64,000 nucleotides of DNA, taken from Minisyncoccia bacterium. Its GTDB lineage: Bacteria; Patescibacteriota; Minisyncoccia; Phycocordibacterales; Phycocordibacteraceae. Below, piece after piece: positions 8,535 through 16,779 of this stretch (its first letter is position 1; the number at the start of each line of letters is the position of its first letter). Where the stretch lies: NCBI GenBank assembly GCA_038212075.1, contig JBBQUV010000004.1, positions 12,317 through 76,316 of the forward strand, written 5' to 3'. The notes below the pieces were generated by a model that did not search any database, was not told the DNA's origin, and saw nothing but the letters and a program-made list of their open reading frames with translations. A program made the translations under genes and the position numbers.

Positions 8535-9959
8535 ATGAATAAAACCGATATTTTAGAGAAGAAATGGATTAACTATGGACGGTGGACACAGCCGACCATT
8601 TCAGGCGCCTTTTGGACACACTGGGATGAAGCAGAGTGCGCGCGTGAAGTAAGTCAGGACTCTCCGCTCCCGGCGATCGTATTCCTCGACGGGTACCATC
8701 TTACTCCTCTGGATGAAGACCATGCAGTGAAGACTTATTTTAATAAACGATACAGCGAAGGAACGCTTGGAGAATTTCTTGAGAAATTTGAGACATCATC
8801 AAAGAAAAGCGAAGCGCGGATCCTTGCGATTCTTGGCAATACGATGCTTTCTAATGCTGAATACGCACGAGAGCTTTTTGCTGCCTTTCTCGAGGTTGTT
8901 GGCGCGTGGTCATTCCTTTTCCGGTTCTCCACGTCACTTGAAGAAATCGCACGCGAACAAGGACTAGCTGTAAGTGACGACGATATCTTGCGGCATATGC
9001 GTCCCTATACCCGCGTTACGTTGCTCGAGCAGCAGACCATTGAACTTAAAGAATTCGCGCGGGCATTGCGTGCGCAATACCCAGCTATTCCAGTAACAGA
9101 ACTCACTAAACATGTAATGGATGACGCGTCGACGCCCCTTCTCGCTAAAATTCATGATCATGTTCAGGAATTTTCCTGGTTTGGCACACATCACTGGGAA
9201 GGAGAGCCCTACACGCTCGAAAAATGCCTTTCTGATATTCAAGACATACTGAATAAGGGAGGGGATGTGGAAGAGGGATCAGTTGCCGTATCGTCGAGCG
9301 AAGGCGATCAGACCATATGGAAACTTCTCGCAGCTTTTGCATATTGGCGCACCCACTGCGCAGAAGTGAGTGACAAAGCGGCATACCTTTCGCGTGAACG
9401 ACTTACGGATGTGGCAAAGAAATGGAGTATTACCTACGAGGAGCTTACTTGGCTTTCAAGTGGAGAGATTATAAAAGCGCTTGATATAAGTGAGGACTCT
9501 ATTGAGCTCCCCACAAACTTTGCTGAACGAAAAGCTGGATATGGGGCATGGGTTGATAACGGTGTTGAGCATATTGTTGTTGGTGCAGAACTCGCCACAC
9601 TCATTGATGCGGCTGTTCCAAAAGTTGATACTTCCGTGTCTGAGATTAAAGGAACTGTCGCAAGCAAGGGTGGCGTAATTACCGGTATCGCACGCATCAT
9701 TATGGGGCCAAGTGAATTTGCCAGTTTTGTCGCGGGAGATATTTTGGTCGCAAACGAAACCACACCAGACTTCGTTCCGCTTATGAAAAATGCCGCGGCA
9801 ATTGTGACTGATACGGGCGGCATTACTTCTCACGCGGCAATTGTTTCTCGTGAGCTTAAGAAGCCCTGTGTTATAGGCACCAAAATCGCAACGAAAGTAT
9901 TCAAAAATGGCGATATGGTTGAAGTGGATGCAATTAACGGAATTGTCCGAAAGATATAA
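8535..9959 (+). CDS. PEP-utilizer swivel-domain paralog: N-terminal helical domain plus C-terminal phosphohistidine domain.
   Basis: C-terminus GDILVANETTPDFVPLMKNAAAIVTDTGGITSHAAIVSRELKKPCVIGTKIATKVFKNGDMVEVD. The linker LTYEELTWLSSGEIIKALDISEDSIELPTNFAERKAGYGAWVDNGVEHIVVGAE...GVITGIARII and the motif FSWFGTHHWEGEPYT match the others. Confidence 0.75.
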   Translation: MNKTDILEKKWINYGRWTQPTISGAFWTHWDEAECAREVSQDSPLPAIVFLDGYHLTPLDEDHAVKTYFNKRYSEGTLGEFLEKFETSSKKSEARILAILGNTMLSNAEYARELFAAFLEVVGAWSFLFRFSTSLEEIAREQGLAVSDDDILRHMRPYTRVTLLEQQTIELKEFARALRAQYPAIPVTELTKHVMDDASTPLLAKIHDHVQEFSWFGTHHWEGEPYTLEKCLSDIQDILNKGGDVEEGSVAVSSSEGDQTIWKLLAAFAYWRTHCAEVSDKAAYLSRERLTDVAKKWSITYEELTWLSSGEIIKALDISEDSIELPTNFAERKAGYGAWVDNGVEHIVVGAELATLIDAAVPKVDTSVSEIKGTVASKGGVITGIARIIMGPSEFASFVAGDILVANETTPDFVPLMKNAAAIVTDTGGITSHAAIVSRELKKPCVIGTKIATKVFKNGDMVEVDAINGIVRKI

Positions 9960-9961
9960 AA

Positions 9962-10012
9962 AAGAGCGCATGGAAGGGATCGAAGTAAATCGATATTCCA
10001 TGCGCTCAGTCC
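9962..10012. terminator. Bidirectional hairpin between the end of the swivel-domain array (+) and the convergent small gene (-).
   Basis: gagcgcatgg (9964-9973) pairs with ccatgcgctc (10001-10010) as a perfect 10-bp stem. A small internal palindrome atcga/tcgat lies in the loop. Confidence 0.5.
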
Positions 10013-10030
10013 ATGCCGCGGGCAGAAGCT

Positions 10031-10360
10031 TCAGTGGGGCGGTTCGTAGTAGAACCGCAAGCCGTGCGTGTTGGTGTTGAGACACGCGATCAACTGATCG
10101 CGCGGCGGCTCCTGCGCCATGCCGAGTCCACACAAGGCCGAAATTTCGTCCTTGTACTTTTCGGCCGTGATCAGGTCGTATTGTGTGGACCACTTGTACC
10201 GCAGGACACCGCCATCCGGAAGGATGGTGGAATCCCCGACTGGCGTCACACAGCACGGCGCTGGATATGTTCCTGCAAGCGCGTGTGCGATCGGAAGCGT
10301 GAAAACGCCAACGATAGCAATTGCGTACAGGAAACGGGAAGTGTCGGTCAAGGAACGCAT
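10031..10360 (-). CDS. Small secreted or exported hypothetical protein (109 aa) with an N-terminal signal-peptide-like hydrophobic segment.
   Basis: MRSLTDTSRFLYAIAIVGVFTLPIAHALAGTY... The Shine-Dalgarno TAGGAGGG lies 7 nt before the ATG on the minus strand. A consensus promoter lies upstream. Confidence 0.6.
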   Translation of the reverse strand: MRSLTDTSRFLYAIAIVGVFTLPIAHALAGTYPAPCCVTPVGDSTILPDGGVLRYKWSTQYDLITAEKYKDEISALCGLGMAQEPPRDQLIACLNTNTHGLRFYYEPPH

Positions 10361-10389
10361 GGGTAAATACCCTCCTAAGGTGAATATAT

Positions 10390-10418
10390 ATAATATACTA
10401 AAAACACACTTTTGTCAA
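10390..10418 (-). promoter_or_regulatory. Near-consensus sigma70-type promoter for the small secreted-protein gene.
   Basis: On the minus strand: TTGACA (10418-10413), a 17-nt spacer, then TATTAT (10395-10390), followed by AGGAGGG and ATG. Confidence 0.5.
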
Positions 10419-10438
10419 TGTAGGCTAAAATCAACCTA

Positions 10439-11137
10439 ATGTACCACGCGTATTTTTTTGCGGGAGAAAGGGAAGAGGGGGTGGCGGCCGCGCTCGCCTT
10501 TGGCGAGCGCGCGTTGGGACTCAGTTCTACCGGAAACCCTGACGTGCTTATTGAACGCCACGGGCTTTTTACCGTGGATGACGCACGTCGTATTTCGGTG
10601 AAAGCAGAGCTTTCACCGCTCGTTGGAGATAAAAAACTCTATATCATTGCGGCGAATCGTCTTTTTCATGAAGCGCAGAACGCGATGCTGAAGTTATTTG
10701 AAGAACCGCCAGCAGAAACCACGCTCGTGCTGGTGATTCCGTCAGAAGGGAATTTACTGTATACACTTCGCTCGCGTCTCCAACCACTTCCGGTGAGCAC
10801 ACAAGTGCAGGCTATTGATCCACTTTCGCAGGAGTTTATAGGCGGTAGCACAACGGTTCGTGAAAAGGTTGTAGCAAACATTCTTGATGAAGCGAAATCA
10901 GATGATGATGAAAAGAAGCAGGAAGCACGAGCCAAGGCGCTACGGCTTGCGGAAGGTCTCACTCGAGCGGGATATGGCGCGTGGCGTACGATAAAAGAAG
11001 ACAGTGCTGAAGCCGGTACACTCCGTTCATTTTTATATGATCTGGATCGATTGGTGCCAGTACTGCATGACCGAGCGGCACCGCTCAAACCAATTTTGGA
11101 GCATCTTCTTCTCACTGCACCGAAAAAATTATCGTAA
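10439..11137 (+). CDS. holB: DNA polymerase III delta-prime (HolB)-like clamp-loader subunit, short and apparently P-loop-less.
   Basis: HAYFFAG at the N-terminus, and QNAMLKLFEEPPAETTLVLV...LLYTLRSRLQPL matches the clamp-loader AANALLKTLEEPP / TxxSRC sensor region. No GxxGxGK Walker A is seen. Confidence 0.6.
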   Translation: MYHAYFFAGEREEGVAAALAFGERALGLSSTGNPDVLIERHGLFTVDDARRISVKAELSPLVGDKKLYIIAANRLFHEAQNAMLKLFEEPPAETTLVLVIPSEGNLLYTLRSRLQPLPVSTQVQAIDPLSQEFIGGSTTVREKVVANILDEAKSDDDEKKQEARAKALRLAEGLTRAGYGAWRTIKEDSAEAGTLRSFLYDLDRLVPVLHDRAAPLKPILEHLLLTAPKKLS

Positions 11138-11154
11138 TTTGCTATACTGCGCTT

Positions 11155-11706
11155 ATGGCATACGACTTTTCTAAACTCAAAACCCAAGTCAAAGAAACCG
11201 AAGAATGGCTCCAGCGTGAACTTTCCGGCGTGCGCACTGGTCGGGCGTCTCCTGCACTTCTTGACTTGGTGAAGCCAGAAGCATACGGCGTGCGCACTCC
11301 CATGACTCAGCTTGGCTCTGTTTCTATTGAAGATGCTCGAACGCTCCGTATTATTCCGTGGGATAAGGAAGTAACAAAAAATATTGAAAAGGCGATTACG
11401 GAAGCCGATCTTGGCGTGTCGGTTGCAACCGATGATATGGGATTACGTGTCCTTTTTCCAGAACTTACTGCCGACCGTCGTGTACTGCTTACCAAGCTCG
11501 CAAACGAAAAGCATGAACATGCAAAGGTAACCTTGCGTGGGCATCGTACCGACGCCCTTCACGATTTGGAAGCAAAAGAAAAAGAGGGAGGTATGGGCAA
11601 GGACGAACTTGATCGATTGAAAAAAGAAGTACAAAAAATGATTGATGAGGCGACAGCGGTGCTTGAAGCGCTCGCCAAAAAGAAAGGGGAGGAAATTGCC
11701 GCTTAA
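11155..11706 (+). CDS. frr: Ribosome recycling factor.
   Basis: LSGVRTGRASPALLDLVKPEAYGVRTPMTQLGSVSIEDARTLRIIPWDK...RRVLLTKLANEKHEHAKVTLRGHRTDAL is the RRF signature over its full length (183 aa). Confidence 0.9.
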   Translation: MAYDFSKLKTQVKETEEWLQRELSGVRTGRASPALLDLVKPEAYGVRTPMTQLGSVSIEDARTLRIIPWDKEVTKNIEKAITEADLGVSVATDDMGLRVLFPELTADRRVLLTKLANEKHEHAKVTLRGHRTDALHDLEAKEKEGGMGKDELDRLKKEVQKMIDEATAVLEALAKKKGEEIAA

Positions 11707-11712
11707 TCTACT

Positions 11713-12810
11713 ATGGAAGTCATTCTGCTCATCCTCGTTCTTATCGTGCTTATACTCGTGCACGAGTTTGGGCATTTTATCGCCGCGAAACTTTCCGGTA
11801 TGCGTGTGGATGAATTTGGTATCGGGTATCCGCCACGCGCACTCGTGTTGTTTAAAAAGGGAGAGACCGAATATACCCTTAATTGGCTCCCCTTTGGGGG
11901 GTTTGTGAAAATCTATGGCGAAGACTCGGATGCTGTTACCACTGATGGTCGTGCGTTTACGGACAAAAACCGATTTTTGCAAGCTATCGTGCTCCTTGCC
12001 GGCATTACGATGAATCTTGTTTTTGCGTGGATTCTTATTTCCGGCAGTCTTGCCGCAGGCACGACGCGCGCACTTGATGACAATGAAATTGCGTTTGCAA
12101 AAGATGCGGTCATTACCGTGTCCGATGTGCTTCCGGGTTCTCCGGCAAGCGATGCAGGAATAATCATAGGCGACTCCATCACTAAAGTGATTGTGGGAAA
12201 TGACATGCTCACGATCACCGACCCTAAGGCGTTTACGGAGCTTGTGGCAAAAGACACCAAAGGTACACCTATCACCCTTGATATGCAGAGAGACGGCAAA
12301 GAAATTTTGCTTTCCGTAGTTCCACAAAAAAATGTGATTGCTTCTGCACCAGACCGCCTTGCGCTTGGAGTAGGGCTTGCGGTGGTGGGCACGGTCCCTG
12401 TCTCTCTCTACCGTGCTCCTATTCTTGGTGCGCAGTATACGTGGGAAATTGTGAAAGCAACGGCAGTCGGGCTTGTACACTTTTTTGGAAGCATCGTCAC
12501 TTTTTCTGCAAACCTTTCGCAAGTGTCAGGACCCATAGGTATTGCAGGCGCAGTAGGCACTGCATCAAAAGCAGGACTTTCAGCACTTGTCTCTCTTACG
12601 GCGATTATTTCTATAAATCTTGCACTTATTAACCTTGTGCCGGTTCCGGCGCTTGATGGCGGTCGGTTGCTGTTTGTGATTATTGAAAGCATTACGCGAC
12701 GCCGTATTCCCCCAACGGTTGCCACTATGGCAAACACCGTAGGGTTTGGTCTACTTATTCTCCTCATGCTTGTGGTGACGGCGCACGATGTTTGGAAGTT
12801 GTTTGTGTAA
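11713..12810 (+). CDS. rseP: Site-2 protease (RseP-like) zinc metalloprotease with PDZ domain.
   Basis: HEFGH zinc motif in the first TM helix (LVHEFGHFIAAKLSGMRVDEFGIGYPP), a central PDZ-like segment, and a C-terminal NLVPVPALDGGR motif. Confidence 0.85.
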   Translation: MEVILLILVLIVLILVHEFGHFIAAKLSGMRVDEFGIGYPPRALVLFKKGETEYTLNWLPFGGFVKIYGEDSDAVTTDGRAFTDKNRFLQAIVLLAGITMNLVFAWILISGSLAAGTTRALDDNEIAFAKDAVITVSDVLPGSPASDAGIIIGDSITKVIVGNDMLTITDPKAFTELVAKDTKGTPITLDMQRDGKEILLSVVPQKNVIASAPDRLALGVGLAVVGTVPVSLYRAPILGAQYTWEIVKATAVGLVHFFGSIVTFSANLSQVSGPIGIAGAVGTASKAGLSALVSLTAIISINLALINLVPVPALDGGRLLFVIIESITRRRIPPTVATMANTVGFGLLILLMLVVTAHDVWKLFV

Positions 12811-12820
12811 CAGAAAAGGA

Positions 12821-12860
12821 AAGAGCGGGCGCTGGGGTGCGTCCGCTCTCTTCGTTCCTT
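12821..12860. terminator. Bidirectional rho-independent terminator between rseP (+) and the convergent secreted-protein gene (-).
   Basis: gagcgggcgc (12823-12832), loop tggggt, gcgtccgctc (12839-12848), then tcttcgttcctt. Confidence 0.55.
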
Positions 12861-12871
12861 AGGGCATGTCG

Positions 12872-13291
12872 TTACTGTGATGCGACGACGAATCGTGTTG
12901 GAGGAACAATGACGTACGCGTACCCGTCCTTCGAATGAATTTCAGCGACGATAGGACTTCCTGTCCCGCCGATTTGAATCATTCGACCAGTGAGCCACAC
13001 CGCGAGATTTGCATTCTTTACGAATGCGCACGCGGTGCCGCTGGGTAGAGAAACGCCCGTCGACGAAATGGCTGTGCCTTTTGTCGCGATAGTCCCGGCA
13101 TCAGCGATTGCCATCTCGTTGTCTTCCTCGTTTGTGCACACAGTCACTTTGTTGAGCGTCAGAAGGTGATCGGCCAGGTCGTGTCGTGTTTGAAGCGACG
13201 CGGTGGTCAACTGACCTGCCTCGGCATTGGCGGTGAAAAAGAGCAGCAGTGAGCCCATTACCACAACGCCTATTTTTACCAAACTTTTCAT
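12872..13291 (-). CDS. Hypothetical secreted protein (139 aa) with signal peptide.
   Basis: MKSLVKIGVVVMGSLLLFFTANAEAGQL... is a cleavable-signal-like N-terminus. It is convergent with rseP and separated from it by a hairpin. Confidence 0.5.
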   Translation of the reverse strand: MKSLVKIGVVVMGSLLLFFTANAEAGQLTTASLQTRHDLADHLLTLNKVTVCTNEEDNEMAIADAGTIATKGTAISSTGVSLPSGTACAFVKNANLAVWLTGRMIQIGGTGSPIVAEIHSKDGYAYVIVPPTRFVVASQ

Positions 13292-13440
13292 GGCGTCGTT
13301 CTCCCTGTCCTACCCAGTCATTGGGCAGGTATCACCTTGGTATACTCCCGCCACGGCCGAAATCAATGGGGGTGGGTGCATAACTTCAGGAGAAAGCCAC
13401 TTTTGCGCTTTAGGCATATCCTTCCTATAATCAAGCGACT

Positions 13441-14679
13441 ATGCGCCAGTCCCAGCTATTTACCAAAACCCGTCGCGACGCACCGTCTGACGAAGCGGCT
13501 AAAAACGCCCAGCTTCTTATTCGCGCTGGATTTGTGCATAAAGAAATGGCGGGAGTGTATTCCTATTTGCCGCTCGGGAATCGTGTGCTTACCAACATTG
13601 AGAAAGTGATCCGTGAAGAGATGGACGCAATCGGTGGACAAGAAATCCGCATGGCGACACTGCACCCATCTGAAAATTGGAAGAAGACCGGCGGATGGGA
13701 TGGGGTTGACGTGCTGTTTAAAATTCAGAGCCGCACCGAAAAAGAATACGCGCTCGGACAAAGCGAAGAAGAAATCGTGACACCTGTCGTGCAGGAGTAT
13801 GCGCTTTCATACAAAGACCTTCCTGTTGCGGTGTATCAAATTGGACAGAAGTATCGCGATGAATTGCGCGCAAAGTCTGGTGTGATGCGCGGTCGCGAGT
13901 TTGGCATGAAAGATATGTATAGCTTCCACGAGACGCAGGAAGACTTTGACCGTTTCTATGAAATCGTAAAAGCGTCCTATATAAAGGCGTTTGCTCGTTG
14001 CGGACTCGATGTGAAGGTAACCGAGGCCTCAGGTGGTGCGTTTTCTGAAAAACTGTCCTATGAGTTTATGGCGCTTACTGACGCGGGTGAAGACGATATT
14101 TTGTATTGCAATGCCTGTACGCACTGTGCAAACGTAGAAGTGGCAAAATCTGCTGAAGGTGACACGTGTCCAAAATGTGAAAAAGGAACACTCACCAAGG
14201 CGCGCGCGGCAGAAGTAGGGAACGTGTTTGATCTTGGCACGAAGTATCCGAAGGCTTTCGGGTTTATGTACAAAGACAAAGAAGGGAATGATCAAACGCC
14301 GATTATGGGTTGCTATGGATTTGGCACGAGCCGACTGGTAGGAACCATCGTTGAAACCTTTGCTGACGACAGGGGCATGGTGTGGCCAGAAGAAGTAGCA
14401 CCGTTCAAAATACATTTGGTATCGCTCGGGCAGAAAGGAGACGACGTTTCTCAGGCGGCAGACGCCCTGTATGCAGAAATGAAACAGCGCGGCATGAGTG
14501 TGTTGTATGACGACCGTGACGCACGCGCAGGAGAAAAATTTGCCGACTCCGACCTTATTGGAATTGCGACACGTGTGGTGGTGGGTAAGCAGGGGATTGC
14601 TGACGGCACTTTTGAAGTGGTGAATCGCAAAACAGGAGAAGTGACGAAAAAATCACGCGAAGACGTGCTTACGCAGTAG
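13441..14679 (+). CDS. proS: Prolyl-tRNA synthetase, short bacterial-type form lacking the INS editing domain. A Cys4 zinc-ribbon-like insertion is present.
   Basis: MRQSQLFTKTRRDAPSDEAAKNAQLLIRAGFV is the ProRS N-terminus. Class II motifs RGREFGMKDMYSFH and GCYGFGTSRLVG are present. It is 412 aa instead of about 570. Insert: CNACTHCANVEVAKSAEGDTCPKCEKG. Confidence 0.88.
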   Translation: MRQSQLFTKTRRDAPSDEAAKNAQLLIRAGFVHKEMAGVYSYLPLGNRVLTNIEKVIREEMDAIGGQEIRMATLHPSENWKKTGGWDGVDVLFKIQSRTEKEYALGQSEEEIVTPVVQEYALSYKDLPVAVYQIGQKYRDELRAKSGVMRGREFGMKDMYSFHETQEDFDRFYEIVKASYIKAFARCGLDVKVTEASGGAFSEKLSYEFMALTDAGEDDILYCNACTHCANVEVAKSAEGDTCPKCEKGTLTKARAAEVGNVFDLGTKYPKAFGFMYKDKEGNDQTPIMGCYGFGTSRLVGTIVETFADDRGMVWPEEVAPFKIHLVSLGQKGDDVSQAADALYAEMKQRGMSVLYDDRDARAGEKFADSDLIGIATRVVVGKQGIADGTFEVVNRKTGEVTKKSREDVLTQ

Positions 14680-14681
14680 GT

Positions 14682-15737
14682 ATGATGAAGCGATTTTCAA
14701 AAAACTCGCTCTTCTCAAGCGATATTGGTGTTGACCTCGGTACCGCAAATACACTCGTGTACGTGCGTGGGCGCGGCATTGTGTTGAATGAACCGTCAGT
14801 AGTAGCCATAAATGACAAAACGGGACAGGTGGTGGCCGTAGGACGAGAAGCAAAAACCATGCTCGGGAAAACGCCACCGCATATCCGCGCGGTGCGTCCT
14901 CTTTCCCACGGGGTTATTTCTGATTTTGAAATTACTCAGGAACTTCTTGCCTACCTTATTAACAAAGCGCAGGGCGGACGATCCAAGCTATTTGGACCGC
15001 GTGTGGTGGTGGGTGTGCCAACGGGAGTAACAAATGTTGAAAGCCGTGCCGTGCGCGATGCGGCAATGACCGCAGGCGCGCGCGAAGTATTCATTATTGA
15101 TGAACCAGTTGCGGGCGCTATCGGTTCCAAACTTCCGATCAATGAAGCGCTTGGCACCATGGTGCTTGATATTGGTGGCGGCACTACGGACATTGCCGTA
15201 CTCGCGCTTGGCGGCACCGTAGCGTCTAAAAGTTCACACATCGCGGGTGACCGATTTAACGACAATATTATTGATTTTGTACGTAGTGAATTTCAACTTG
15301 CTATCGGGGAGCGTACCGCAGAGGACATAAAAATTTCCATTGGCGCAGTAACGCCGCTTAAAGAACCGCTTTCACGCGCTGTGCGTGGCAGAGACCTTGC
15401 GACAGGGCTTCCGCGCGAAATTATTCTTACCGACACGCACGTGCGCGAAGCACTCGAGCTTTCGCTTGAAGCACTTATGGAGGCGATGAAAGAAGTGATT
15501 GAAAAAACGCCACCAGAACTTCTTTCGGACGTACTTGAGCGCGGCGTAGTCATTTTCGGCGGCGGAGCACTGCTTCGTGGTCTTCCGCAAATGCTTTCCA
15601 AAATGCTCGGTGTGCCGGTGCACACTGCGCCCGACCCACTTACGGCAGTGGTGCGCGGTACGGGCATTGTGACTGAGGATCCGGGACCATGGGCAAGTCT
15701 ATTTATCGATGAAGAGGATGTCCTTCGCGAGGCGTAA
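14682..15737 (+). CDS. mreB: Rod-shape-determining actin homologue MreB.
   Basis: DIGVDLGTANTLVYVRGRGIVLNEPSVVAI, VIDEPVAGAIG and DIGGGTTDIAVL are actin-fold MreB motifs. Confidence 0.92.
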   Translation: MMKRFSKNSLFSSDIGVDLGTANTLVYVRGRGIVLNEPSVVAINDKTGQVVAVGREAKTMLGKTPPHIRAVRPLSHGVISDFEITQELLAYLINKAQGGRSKLFGPRVVVGVPTGVTNVESRAVRDAAMTAGAREVFIIDEPVAGAIGSKLPINEALGTMVLDIGGGTTDIAVLALGGTVASKSSHIAGDRFNDNIIDFVRSEFQLAIGERTAEDIKISIGAVTPLKEPLSRAVRGRDLATGLPREIILTDTHVREALELSLEALMEAMKEVIEKTPPELLSDVLERGVVIFGGGALLRGLPQMLSKMLGVPVHTAPDPLTAVVRGTGIVTEDPGPWASLFIDEEDVLREA

Positions 15738-16488
15738 CGCACTGTTTCCGCGTGGCTTCCGTGGCGTGTCTGCCACGGTGGTCGTTGTTGTGGTACTTGC
15801 GGTGGCACTTCGGGTGTTTGCGCCGAATCTCTTGGTGACGATTGCGACGCCACTGTGGCGTGCGTCTGTGGCAGTTTCGGGGGCGATATATGGTGCGCGC
15901 GCCTCGTTTGCAAATCCTATTGAACTTCAACACACCCTTGATGCCGTGCGTGCAGAAAACACGACGCTTGGCGAAGAAAACGCAACGCTCAAAGCACAGC
16001 TTGCCGACGTCACTGCTCTTCTAGGCTCCAGAAGCGCGTCGGTGCCCGGAATTCTTGCGGCAGTGCTCGCGCGTCCGCCCCTTTCTCCGTATGATTCGCT
16101 TCTTATTGATGCCGGACAAACCGCCGGTGTGCAATCCGGTGCGTTTGTAGAAGGGCCGGGCGGTGTACCCCTTGGAAAAGTTGACGTGACGACGGCGCAA
16201 ACCGCGCGCGTCACGCTGTTTTCTTCAGCGGGGATAAAAACAGAAGTGCTCATTGGAGAGCACCGCGTGCCAGTGGATTTGGTTGGTAGTGGCGCCGGCA
16301 CGTTTTCAGCAACAGCACCGAAAGATTCCGGTATCTTAGTTGGCGACGTGGTGTATTCAGCAAAGAGCGCACTTATGGGCGCCGTGGTGCGTATTGATGA
16401 AAACGCTTCAAGCCCAACCGCAACACTTTTTGTTCAAGCGTCGGTGAACCCGTTTTCGCTTTCGTGGGTAGCTGTTTCCCGTCTATGA
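15709..16488 (+). CDS. mreC: Rod-shape-determining protein MreC.
   Basis: N-terminal TM segment, coiled-coil LQHTLDAVRAENTTLGEENATLKAQLADV, then a beta-rich C-terminus. It sits directly after mreB and overlaps it. The exact start (15709 or 15718) is uncertain. Confidence 0.72.
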   Translation: MKRMSFARRNALFPRGFRGVSATVVVVVVLAVALRVFAPNLLVTIATPLWRASVAVSGAIYGARASFANPIELQHTLDAVRAENTTLGEENATLKAQLADVTALLGSRSASVPGILAAVLARPPLSPYDSLLIDAGQTAGVQSGAFVEGPGGVPLGKVDVTTAQTARVTLFSSAGIKTEVLIGEHRVPVDLVGSGAGTFSATAPKDSGILVGDVVYSAKSALMGAVVRIDENASSPTATLFVQASVNPFSLSWVAVSRL

Positions 16489-16742
16489 TACGCATTCTCT
16501 TTTTTGCGGTAGCGTTTTTCTCGCTTTTTGCCTTTCCATGGCACTACGCCGCAATCCTTGCGGTTATCCTTTCATTATTTGTGCCACTACTCGTGCTTGC
16601 TTTTGGTATTCTTACCGACGTACTTTATTACACGCCGGGTGCGCTCCCTATAGGCACGCTGTTTGGACTCATTTGTTTTGGTATTGCCTTTTTTGCGAGC
16701 CGATTCATTCGTAGCCGGGTATACGACTTTTTGCCCGAATAA
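16485..16742 (+). CDS. mreD: MreD-like small polytopic membrane protein.
   Basis: An 85-92 aa hydrophobic protein in the mreD position between mreC and mrdA. Start uncertain (16464 or 16485). Confidence 0.5.
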   Translation: MIRILFFAVAFFSLFAFPWHYAAILAVILSLFVPLLVLAFGILTDVLYYTPGALPIGTLFGLICFGIAFFASRFIRSRVYDFLPE

Positions 16743-16779
16743 TTCGCCACAGGCGGGCAGGTAGGATAAAATCCTTTAC

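Noticed and set aside
9456-10256. Long antisense ORFs overlapping confident genes, for example 9456-10256 (-), 11443-12522 (-), 2433-3044 (-), 3897-4517 (-), 40504-41094 (-) and 50099-50674 (-).
   Set aside because: Each lies entirely opposite a gene with clear family motifs (swivel-domain genes, RseP, GroEL and others). They have no RBS or family signal and show Cys/Arg/His-rich shadow-ORF composition. I treated them as non-coding.
10361-10438. Tried to assign a sigma70 promoter to the holB-like gene from TTGTCA...CCTAAT on the plus strand.
   Set aside because: The candidate -10 would abut the ATG directly, which is incompatible with a normal transcription start site and spacing. The same sequence read on the minus strand gives a textbook TTGACA-17-TATTAT promoter for the divergent small gene, so I annotated that instead.
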